In this document: one piece after another, positions 13,265-24,525 of the stretch
Numbering within the stretch: the first letter of the stretch is position 1
Layout: each line of letters opens with the position of its first letter
From: Octopus sinensis
Taxonomy: Eukaryota
DNA: 64,000 nucleotides
Direction: 5' to 3'
Assembly (NCBI RefSeq): GCF_006345805.1
Contig: NC_043003.1
Span: forward strand, 21,638,001 to 21,702,000
Program-made: the position numbers and the translations under genes
The notes under the pieces: model-generated
What the model was told of the DNA's origin: nothing
Seen by the model: only the letters and a program-made list of their open reading frames with translations
The model's database searches: none

Positions 13265-14930
13265 TCGAGGTGTATTCCTGAAGTTTTAAAACTTTTGCAG
13301 GAGAACCATTTATTCATTTCAAAGAAGTACAAAAACTCTATTTTCCTTCAAAATAGGATCCTCTGACTCCAGTGCACTTGTAGTGCTCCAATCACTTTGT
13401 CCTCAAAAGTAATGGTGTCCAGGACTCTTTTCATAGCTCCCTTTGTTTTCTTGATATCTTCAAAACGATGGTCCTTGAAGTTCTCCTTCTGCTTGGGAAA
13501 TAACCAAAAGTCACAGAGAACAAGGGTGAGGAACAGTTTTGATACCCATTTCTGTCAAATAGTTGGTTACCAACATGGAATTGTGGACTGGTACCCATGC
13601 CACCAACCTGAATGGAAGGGCTCTGGCCTTTTGCAAAGAAATCTCTTCCTGAAATCCCTCAAAACCTTCACAAAGTACTCTTTTCGGCTGTCTGGCGAGA
13701 GAGAATTAAGTGGATGTAGATGATGTCCTTTTTAGTGGAAAAGGAGATCATCATGTGCTTCCTCATGGACTTCAATCTGGGAAACTGAGGATGTTTCTAT
13801 TGAGCACTCTGTCCCTTGGTCTCTGGGTCATAACAGTATATCCAACGATTACCAAAAATGCAAGTATTATTGGATTAGAGGAAATGAGCTCAACCATCTC
13901 GCTGCAGTCATCAATGTGTCTTTCCTTCTGTTCATCACTGAGCACCTTTACTCTTTTACTTGTTTCAGTCATTTGACTGCGGCCATGCTGGAGCACCGCC
14001 TTTAGTCGAGCAAATCAACCCCATCACTTGTTCTCTGTAAGCCTGGTACTTATTCTATCGGTTTCTTTTGCTGAACTGCTATGTCACGGGGATGTAAACA
14101 CATCAGCATCGGTTATCAAGCGATGTTGGGAGGACAAACACACACACACATATATATACATATATACGATGGGCTTCTTTCAGTTTCCGTTTACCAAATC
14201 CACTCACAAGGCTTTGGTTGGCCCGAGGCTATAGTAGAAGACACTTGCCCAAGGTACCACACTGTGGGAATGAACCTGAAACCATGTGGTTGGTAAGCAA
14301 GCTACTTACCACACAGCCACTCCTGCACCTATAACAATCTTGGGAGCAATCTTTGCACAGATTTTGTACATGATCAGATCCTCACGAATAATTCTGTGTA
14401 CAGTTGTTGACGCACCAACTCCAAACTGTATGCTTATTGTCTTTATAGACACATAACAATCTTCATCTAGAAAATTGCCAATTTTCTCAACCAATTCTAA
14501 TGCTCTGATGTCCCTCTTACTCCCACACTTTTCATTGTCTCTCACCTCTTCTCTACAATCCTCAAACCTCTTGTGCCAATGGAAAAACAGATGCTCAGCT
14601 CATACAAGTTAATCAATAAGCATTCTGGGGTATTTCATAATTTTCTGTAGCATTTTTACCCAGTTTAACACAAAACTTTATTGCATTACGAGCTTTGAAA
14701 TTCTTTTCATATCTTGTCTGCATTCTGCAGACTAGTCAGCTGTTACGATCAGTGTTTTTTAGGGTGTGTTCAAAGTGCTGTTGCAGCTGTCTCCTTCAAT
14801 TTGGAATAAAAAGTTAGCAGGTCAGCTTATAAGATGTATTATAATGATATAGTAAAAGTACAGTAATCTAGGACAGCTATAACTTCCTCTCCTAAAATAA
14901 TCTCAAAACTTCTGGAATGCACCTCATGTA
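13265..14930 (-). mobile_element. Decayed full-length mariner transposon interrupted by a SINE
   Basis: TIR cores gaggtgtattcctgaagtttt (13267) and gaggtgcattccagaagtttt (reverse complement of ~14906-14926). Transposase pieces ...HRIIREDLIMYKICAK and LTEMGIKTVPHP..CDFWLFPK. Length is about 1.3 kb after removing the SINE. Confidence 0.85.
13947..14330 (-). mobile_element. tRNA-derived SINE family A (CORE-like ccttgggcaagtg, internal (CA)/(TA) microsatellite), nested in the mariner
   Basis: Same sequence as copies at ~970-1350(+), 4075-4460(+), 6620-6925(+), 21508-22295(-), 42650-43055(+), 44195-44535(+), 56915-57310(-) and 59200-59630(+). Confidence 0.85.
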
Positions 14931-15142
14931 TAACACCTAGACTCACTCAGTTCCTACCATCATCAAAAAATGAATGCTGAAAGGGATAATGATATGTTTG
15001 TGTATTTGCATGTGTGTGTATTTGTATGTGCATCTGTTTTGTCTGTATATATGCACACATATGTATGTGTGTCTTTGTGTGTGTGTGTGTGTGTGTGTGT
15101 GGGCATTAGTTGATTAATTGCTTATATATTTTCTGCTCCCAG

Positions 15143-15160
15143 GAAAAAAAGACAAAAAGG
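15143..15160 (+). CDS. PHKA: Candidate 18-nt microexon of PHKA (GKKDKK)
   Basis: ttttctgctcccag|GAAAAAAAGACAAAAAGG|gtaagc. Consensus splice sites, length a multiple of 3, phase 1-1, open in the frame set by the upstream exon. No transcript evidence available. Confidence 0.75.
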
Positions 15161-15357
15161 GTAAGCTGACACTAAACTCCATATGCATTTATATATTTAT
15201 GTATATGTTTACATTTTTATATAACTTCTATTCTCAATTGTTTTTTCTCTCCCTTTGTATATGTAACACTGTTTTAATATTGATAAATATTTTAATTGAA
15301 TTTTCCCCAGTCTTACTTTTTTCTTAATATATTATTATGTTACTTATTTTGTCACCA

Positions 15358-15798
<441 letters not shown>

Positions 15799-15825
15799 GG
15801 GGTTTGTATGATTGTGTATAGAGGG

Positions 15826-16173
15826 ATATATATTATTCAAAGGAATTCCAACTCTGTTTTTTATGTTTTATTTATATTCTTTATAATATTAATGTAGAAT
15901 ATAGAGTATATAGTATAAATAATATTTATAGTAAAATGAAATGAAGTATTGATTGTCTTATTTGAAACACTCCTGTCACAACCTGGGACCTTGAAGACTG
16001 CTTTAATGCAAGAAAGTCCCTTAATATTTGATATTCAATATTTCATCTATTCAATAAGACAATTAATACTTCATTTCATTTTACTGTATATATTATTTAT
16101 ACTATATATTCTACATTAGTATTATAAAGAATATAAATAAAACATAAAAAAACAGACAGTTGGAATTCCTTTG

Positions 16174-16185
<12 letters not shown>
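15826..16185. repeat. Inverted repeat with ~140-bp arms and ~80-bp spacer, flanked by (TA)n
   Basis: tattattcaaaggaattccaact... at 15831 is the reverse complement of ...agttggaattcctttgaataata ending at ~16180. Confidence 0.88.
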
Positions 16186-16217
<32 letters not shown>

Positions 16218-16807
16218 TATACATACATATATATGTGTGTGTGTATGTATATATAATCTTTTCAATGTATATCATATTTCTTGTCATCACCACATCACAC
16301 CATTCTTTTTATCACTTTTATCATAGCGTATCACGTATCACGTTAACACACATTCTTTCTCTCCTATTTACACTCTCTCTCATTTATTTTTGTCCCTCCC
16401 TTCTAACATTTAAAACTCTGTTCACATTCCTTGCCAATTGTTCTGATGCACTTGACATTTTCTGTCATGAAAAGCTTCTTTGTCATCAGAGAAATCCAAC
16501 AGCTATTTTAATAGTAAAACGAGTGTTATAATCTTCTTGGCACCATTGATCATGTGTTCAAAATTATCTCGTTGGTGCCAAGGACTTTGTTTTACTATGT
16601 TATTGATGGCATGGTTGTGCATTTGCAGATTATGAATGTAAAACCAGTTTATATGGTGGGTTACTATTCACTTGGGTTTGTACCAGTGAATAACTCATAA
16701 TTCTGCTGATGTTTGACATATTTATTGTCAGTTGGACACGAGGACATGAAGCAATTCTAGAAGTAACATTTACACTACTGATTAATAATAATAATAATAA
16801 TAATAAT

Positions 16808-17577
16808 ATTCAGACAAATACATAACAAAACCACCAGGACTTACAAACACATATAACATACAGAAAATTGCACTACTAGGCACTGCACACATCCTACGCA
16901 AAACACTTTCAATGCAGTAACCATCAGAGCATCACAGCAAATCACAGCACATACCCAAAGCACACAGAGCTGCACTCGGTAGTGAAGTGAAAGCATGCTA
17001 TAAAAATAAGACTGCTGAATAATTATAATAATAATAATAATAATAATGATAGTGAGAAGCTAAATCACTAAATGTAACTGCTCGGAAACAAGTTATTATA
17101 ATGAATTTAATAAAGAAAAAGGTAATGAAACTCATTCAGACAACAAATGCAGAAGGTATTGAAAAAGGGATGAAATTATGAACCATCTTTTAAGAGAATA
17201 CAGTAAGCTTAGCACAAAAGGAGTATACAAGTAAACATGACATTATATAATAGTGATGAAATTATTGTGTATAGTGCTCAGGTGCACTGCAACATTGTCA
17301 GTAAAATAGTGAATTTGGATGTCAGTTAAGTCTCTGGAATTGAAGTGATGGAAAATTGATATAAACATGAGTCAAAAGACTGGGATGGTGAATTACAGGA
17401 TTTTATAGGATTTCTTCATGGAGACTATTGAAACAAGGGGATGAGATATGATCTTGATAGACAGAAAGACAAATTGTATATGCTGATTGTTTGCAATTGA
17501 ATATGACAGTAGAGTGGCTTTCATGAAAACTGAGGAAATATCAGAACATAGCCAGAAAGCTAATGAGCTTTGGAATA
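16808..17577 (+). mobile_element. Two R4/Dong-clade LINE 3' fragments flanked by (AAT)n
   Basis: IQKIALLGTAHILRKTL at ~16858. A frameshifted SKL-AQKEY..HD at ~17200 and DMILIDRK at ~17445. Confidence 0.7.
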
Positions 17578-17940
17578 TCATCATCATCATCATTTAGCGT
17601 CCGTTTTCCATGCTAGCATGGGTTGGACGGTTCTACTGGGGTCTGTGAAGCCAGTAGGCTTCATCAGGCCCAGTCAAATCTGGCAGTGTTTCTACGGCTG
17701 GATGCCCTTCCTAACGCCAACCACTCCGTGAGTGTAGTGGGTGCTTTTTACGTGCCACCCGCACTGGTGCCAGACAGAGCTGGCAAACGGCCACGAACGG
17801 ATGGTGCTTTTTATGTGCCACCGGCACGAGGGCCAGGCGAGGCTGGCAACGGACACGAAACGGGGCGGTGCTGGCAACGGTCGCGAAACGGAAAGTTCTC
17901 TTACATGCCACCGGCACTGGTAAATGACAATTGCATCCAG
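17578..17940 (-). mobile_element. RTE-LINE 3' end derivative (family C) with internal tandem repeats
   Basis: (ATC)n tail followed by the conserved block ttctacggctggatgcccttcctaacgccaacc. Related copies at 2395-2660(-), 8920-9090(+), 51470-51780(+), 53215-53530(-), 58578-58990(-) and 62635-63063(+). Confidence 0.8.
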
Positions 17941-18519
17941 CAATTTTAGATTTCTAGCACCTTTCTTCTAATCCATGCCTTGCAAAACAATAGAATCAGG
18001 AATTTCATCTCAATATCCAACACCTTAACCCTTTAGCATTCAAACTGGCCATATCTGGCCAAAATATTTAACCTGTTTTATATAGAAACTGACCAGATCT
18101 GGCCTTTTACCTCAGCCCTACCATGCCATTCTACAACTAAACAATCACATCACTGAAATCTCTAAACTACAAAATAATGCATGATTAATTCAAAACAATA
18201 TAAATAAACACGCATCACATTTGACAGAATAACTTGAACACTAAAGGGTTAAATCAACCATTTAAACTTCTTGCAAATGATCCCAAAACTTCTCTTATAA
18301 TTGGCAACTTTATTACAATTCCAGATTTTCTTATTTTAGGTTCTCGTATTTTCCCGTTTACTCTCATTCTTTGCCTATTAATCTTGTATCAAAGTGACAA
18401 GCAACATTGATTAAGCACCACACTCTTTCACTCTGTATTGAGAGCATGACACTATCTGGGTGTGATTATTCCCTCTGCTTATCCATTTGAATTTTCGTAT
18501 CCCTTAAATACCCTTACAT

Positions 18520-18870
18520 GATCATTTCAAGGATGTGTTGTTTTATGGTCATTCCATCTTTCCACATCAGCAAATCTAAATTTTTTACAGCTTCATCAAT
18601 GCACAATTGTATTGACTTTGTCTTGTATCCAGTTCTTCTAAACTCTCTGAGAAAGTATTCTATCTTCAGAAGAGACTGCATGTGCAACTATCTCTTCTCT
18701 TTCACCACACACTCTACATGCATCCAAGATATCTCCCATATGTATAGTGTTATCCATGTATATTGTTCTGATTGCTTCACCCTGTGCAACTATGACCAAG
18801 TCCTCGCTCTCTTTCTTCCAAATCCCCTCCTTGTCTATTGAAATGGCTTCTGATCTTGGTTTTGAAGGTC
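18520..18870 (-). mobile_element. R4/Dong-clade LINE fragment (zinc-knuckle region)
   Basis: The minus strand reads AQGEAIRT...CRVCGEREEIVAHAVS, a degenerate CxxC..H motif preceding the REL endonuclease. Confidence 0.65.
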
Positions 18871-19304
18871 AGTGATTGAGATTATTATTATTATTATCAT
18901 TATTAAATTCTGCCTAAATTTGTAGTCGCCTACCTATGTAAAAAGTTGACTTATAAATCTTTGTTATTACCACAATTAATAGAGCAGTATATTATTATTA
19001 TTATTATTAATAAATACCATTATTATTATTATTAATAATCATTAATTTTAATATGAATCCTCATTAATATTATTAATGTAAATCATTAATGACTATATAA
19101 ATCCTTATTATTATTATTAAAATATAACGATTATAATTAATACTATATATCATAAATATTATTAATTACATAAATCATCATTTGTATTATTTAAAAAATA
19201 ATTACGATAAAAATATTTCCTTTGCCAGTTTATATCTATGCTAGGAACTATTATTATAACAATTATTACTGTTAATGTTGTTATTGTTATTATTATTATT
19301 TTTA

Positions 19305-19518
19305 TGGCAGTAAGCTGGCAGAATCGTTAACCCATTGGACAAAATGCTCAGCAGCATTTCACCTGTCTTTGTGCTCTGAGCTCAAATTCCACCAAGGTCA
19401 ACATTGCCGTTCATCCTTTTTGGAGTCAATGAAATAAGTACCAGCTTTGGACTGGGGTCAATGTAATCAACTATACTCCTATCCCCAAATTTCAGGCCTT
19501 GTGTCTATAGTAAAAAGG

Positions 19519-19560
<42 letters not shown>

Positions 19561-20100
19561 ACGGTAATTGACTTTACCTTTCATCCTTTCAGGATTAATA
19601 AATTAAGGACCAGTTGAGCATTGCGATAGATGTCATCAACTAACCCCAACCCCTAAATTTTAGGCCTTGTGCTTATTGTAGAAAGGATTATTATTATTAT
19701 TGCTGTTGTTGTTATTATAGAGTTCAAATTCCTCTTAGGTCGACTTGGCCTTTCATCTTTTGGAGTTGATAAATTAAGTACTAGTGAAACACTGTGTCGA
19801 TGTAATCGACTAATTCCCTCCCCCAAAATTTCAGGCCTTGTGCCTTTAGTAAAAAGTATTATTATTATTATTATTATTAATTATTATTAAGGTGTTAAGC
19901 TGGCAGAATTGTTAGCATGCCAAGCAAAATGCTTAGCAGCATTTCATTTATCTTTATGTTCTGAGTTCAAATTCCGCTGAGGTCTACTTTGCCTTTCATC
20001 CTTTTGGGGTCGATAAAATAAGTACCAGTTGAACACTGGGGTTGATTTAATCAACTTAGCCCCCCACCCCCCACCTGCTGGCCATATGCCAAAATTTAAG
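19305..20100 (+). mobile_element. Head-to-tail cluster of about 4 SINE-B copies or fragments separated by (ATT)n
   Basis: Repeated head/core/tail blocks, each ending ccttgtgc..tagtagaaaggattattatt. Confidence 0.8.
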
Positions 20101-21788
20101 CCATTATTGTTGTTATTACTATTATTGTTTGTTGTTATTCTTACCAGTAATATTATTATTATTATCATTACCAATATTATCATTATTGTCATTGTTGTTA
20201 TTACTGGAATTATCATTATTATTTTTTTTATCATTATTATTACTGGTATTATTATTATAATTATTGTTTTTGTTATTCTTAACATTATTGTTGTTGTTGT
20301 GTCGTCATTGTTATTGTTGTTGTTAGGGAAACAGAGTGGTGCAAACAGTACGATACTGGATTAAATTTCTTCAGAAATAAACAATATTTAGCAAAATATA
20401 GCAGAGCAGCTTAAATTTCTGTATTAATAAACACAAAATTCTGTCTAAATGTCCAGGATTCCTGTCTACATTTGCTCTACATAGACATATACCTTTTTGG
20501 AATCAGGATGATCCCGGGATAGGAAATGTACCATTCGTTTGGTTCTTGAACATCCAGCATTGAGATATGAATTAAAAGCATTTGGGTTGCTATTTCTAGC
20601 AGGTAAAGCTTGGCTGATTCACACCATCTTGGTGGCGTTTGTCAGATGATGTCAGAGATCAAGAGACAGATAAATGACATTCACTTCGTTAATTTTATGT
20701 CAAGATCAGAACTTTTGGACAAATTAACCAACAGCTAAATTCACCTACAAGTTGGCCTAGGATTACAGTAGAAGACATTTGCCCAAGGTACAATGCAGCA
20801 GGACTGAACCTGAGATCACATGGTTACAAAGCAAGCTTCTTAACCACACAGCCATGCATGTATATTAATTTGTCTGTGTGCAAATTAGCAGCGCATTGGA
20901 CAGAATGCTTTGTGGTATTTTGTTGTGAATCTCTATACTCTGAGTTCAAATCCTGCCAAAGTCAACTTTTTCCTTTCATCTTTTCGGGGTCAATGAAAAA
21001 AAAAATGCCAACCCAATGCTTTGGGCTAATGAAACTGTAAAAGGGGGTGAACAGTTTGCCTTGCAGTATCTGTTCTGGCTCTTTGCATTCTAGCAGCAAT
21101 GCTTCTGACAACACTGGTGCCAAGCCATCAGATCGAGTTGGCAGCCTATTTCTTTGTGTAAACATCAGTGGCATGGAGAGAGAGGAAAGAGTTGCATGTA
21201 TAGACAATTGTTTGTCCTCTTCAAAATAAATAATGTCCATCCCATGTGCAGATACATGGTCATCGTTGACCTACAGAGATCTGAGAAGTTAAAATCACTG
21301 TGAGAGGTGTAGAATCTAAAATTTAGGGCTCTTGCCCACTGTCCACTACCAATGCAGACCATCACTAGCTCCTTTGGACTCTAGACCTTATCCTAAATTT
21401 ACATACTTACGTGGTGAGTGAGAGGGGAAGAGAAAGAGTGAAAGGACTAGAGTAAGGAAAGACTAAAAAAACTTTTGAAAATATTTTAAAGCATACACAA
21501 TGTGTAGTTAGTCTTTTACTTGTTTCAGTCATTTGACTGCAGCCATGCTGGAGCACCCTCTTTAGTCGAGCAAATCGACCCCAGGACTTATTCTTTGTAA
21601 GACTATTACTTATTCTTTGTAAGACTATTACTTATTCTATCAGTCTCTTTTGCCAAACCGCTAAGTTATGGAGACGTAAACACATCAGCATCGGTTGTCA
21701 ACCAATATTGAGGGGACAAACACAGACATGCAAACATATACACACACATACATAATACATACATACATATAATACATATATATATATA

Positions 21789-22073
21789 TATTAGAAGAAA
21801 TGAGGTACTCAGAAGATCGGATGCTTTATATTTACAGATATTTATTTGTATATTACATTTTTTATATATATATCATATCACTTAGATCATTAGCGCTTTC
21901 TCCCATTCTAGTGGGGTTTTCAAATCAAAATATTTTGATTTGAAAACCCCACTAGAATGGGGGAAGCGCTAATGATCTAAATGATATGATATATATGTAA
22001 AAAATGTAATATATAAATAAATATCTGTAAATATAAACCATCCGATCTTCTGATTACCTCATTTCTTCTAATA
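21789..22073. repeat. ~285-bp loopless hairpin inserted in the (TA)n tract of a SINE
   Basis: Centre caaaatattttg at 21926-21937. Arms ttagaagaaatgaggtactcagaagatcggatg and catccgatcttctgattacctcatttcttctaa. Confidence 0.92.
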
Positions 22074-22102
22074 TATAATACCTGTACATCATCTCCAAAC
22101 CT

Positions 22103-22137
<35 letters not shown>

Positions 22138-23357
22138 GGGCTTCTTTCAGTTTCCGTCTACCAAATCCACTCACAAGGCTTTGGTCGGCCCGAAGCTATA
22201 GTAGAAAACACTTGCCCAAGGTGCCACACAGTGGAACTGAACCCAGAACCATGTGGTTGGTAAGCAAGCTACTTACCACACAACCACTCCTGCGTGGGAG
22301 TTGGGTTTTTTTTCTTGGTTTTTTTTTAAATGAACCTTTGAAGCTGTAAAGTGTTATTTGTCACATGATTGTAATATTGTATTCTCATTTATTTCTGTAA
22401 TGCCTTAATAATAATCCTTTTGCTTTTCAGTAAACATATGATATAAATATGATCTTATATTATCTACGACAGAAACCTGATATTGTTGTTATATTGTTTA
22501 TCAAAGTGGTTTGTTTTATATTGTCTGTGTCGTATTGTTCATAATAAGTATATTATATCTTTCATCCTATAATCAAAAGTATTGCAGTCTAAATAATGAC
22601 TCTTTATTGATCTTGTAAATTGTATTATATTTCTTATAATCACTGGATATTTTTGGTTTTGCCTTTTGAGTGTTTTTTCTTTTTCTTTCTTTTTTTTTTG
22701 ATAGTTTGTTTTATTTATTGAGTGTTGAAATAGCTTTGGGTGTGAACAAATGTTTTTGAAAGACTGTTATATTTATGTAGTTTGAAAATTTAATTAGGTT
22801 ATAATCATTATTATATTATTACATTGGTTGGAAAGGCAATGAGGTGGCAGAATCGTTAGCACACCAGGCAAATTGCTTAGTAGCATTTCATCCATTTTTA
22901 TGTTCTGAGTTCAAATTCCACCGAGGTCGACTTTGCCTTTCATCCTTTCAGAGCTAATTAAATAGTACCAATTATGTACTGAGGTCGATGTAATTGACCC
23001 CCAATTCCAGGCCTGGTGCCTATCGTAGAAAGGATTATTACATTGGTTGGAGCTGCAGAATTGGCAAATGCCTCTTTATAGAGTTGTCCAATTTAGAATA
23101 CTCATCTACACAGCTATTATATTTTAGATGCCAGCTAGCGTCTGCCATGCTAACTGTAATTGCTTTAAGCTGAAAGATGAACCATTCAGAAAGAATCAGG
23201 ACAAAAGCTTGGAACCTTTTGAGGGGAGAAAATAGGAAGTTGTGAAATTTTAAGTCTTTCTCAAATGTTGTGTGTTTATAAACAGTTACTACATAAGAAA
23301 TGTGAGGTTTCTAAATTGCAATGACAAAAATGAGAATTTGTGTTTAAACAAGGTATA

Positions 23358-23633
23358 CATAAGGCTCAATGTTTATACAGGAAATAAAATCAGTAGTATT
23401 TATACAAAGACTATGGACCTTGGTGAATATATATAGAAAAAGGGCCTTGGTACTTATACAGGAAAATTGAGGCTTAATGTTTATATAGGAGATATGATTG
23501 ATGTTTAGTGCTTAATAGGAAATATAAGAAATGGTGTTTATATGAGGAAACATGAGGTTGGATTCTCATAGGGAAATTTGAAGCCTGATGTTTATACAGG
23601 AAATATAAGGCTCACTGTTTATACAGGAAACTA
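23358..23633. repeat. Degenerate ~26-bp minisatellite (ataaggctcaatgtttatacaggaaa), about 10 units
   Basis: Recurring tttatacaggaaa variants at ~26-bp spacing. Confidence 0.7.
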
Positions 23634-24072
23634 AACTATCAAAAAATTGTATTTATTAATATTTATTAACATTTTACTAAGCTCATAAGTACTTAGTCTT
23701 TACTAATCTGATAAATGCTCAATCCAATCATTGATCTTTTCCTTTCTCCCTTAATTTGCTGTACAAAGGAGCTTCTATTTGATCATTCACCCATAAGCTT
23801 GGGTGCAGGATGGGGGGAGGGTGCAAGCACAACCCCTAAAATTTTGGAGGGGAGGAGGCAATGAAAACAATTTCAACATCTTGGGTTGAACCTGTGTTTG
23901 CACCCACTAAGCAAATTTCGTTCCCATACTGATGCCTTCACCTGCTGGAAAGAGCAGCCAAATTTCTCTCAACTTACACTCTACTGTCTATGAGCTGAGG
24001 GAGCCTCTATGTGGTCACTTGACCTGAAATGCAAATAGTAGCCAAAACCCCCTGATATCACACCCTACCATT

Positions 24073-24296
24073 TTAACCCTTTTGTTACTGTATTTATTTT
24101 GAGATGCTCTGTGTTTCTTTCAATTAATTTTAAATATAACAAAGAATTTAGTAAAATAACTTACGTTATCATTCAGCTAGTGTTAGGAAAATCAATTGTG
24201 ACTAAGGTTTGGTGGAAGATTTTAATTCGAAACTTATGAAAACAGGACATTTGTACTCAGAGCCAGTTTCAGCCAGATTGGTAATGAAAGAGTTAA
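24073..24296. mobile_element. piggyBac-type MITE (TTAA-CCCTTT...AAAGGG-TTAA)
   Basis: Three near-identical copies: 24073-24296, 28938-29160 and 29184-29411. A second TTAA/CCCT family occurs at ~11940-12160, 18027-18252, 36725-36917 and 48375-48606. Confidence 0.7.
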
Positions 24297-24491
24297 ATAA
24301 TGAAAGAAAACAGCGAGAACCTCAAGAGCTAAAGTGAGGATGATCATGGATGGAATGCCCTTGATCCTAAGCCTGCTTGATCAAGGTTGATTTCGAGCTA
24401 ATCAGCAACAGCAACCAGAGTAGCAACTGCAAACATGTATGCTCATACACATACATACATCATAAACACTTACATCACAGATCATAAATAT

Positions 24492-24525
<34 letters not shown>

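Noticed and set aside
19944-20364. Hydrophobic poly-Ile ORFs resembling membrane proteins
   Set aside because: They derive from (ATT)n/(GTT)n repeats and SINE tails.
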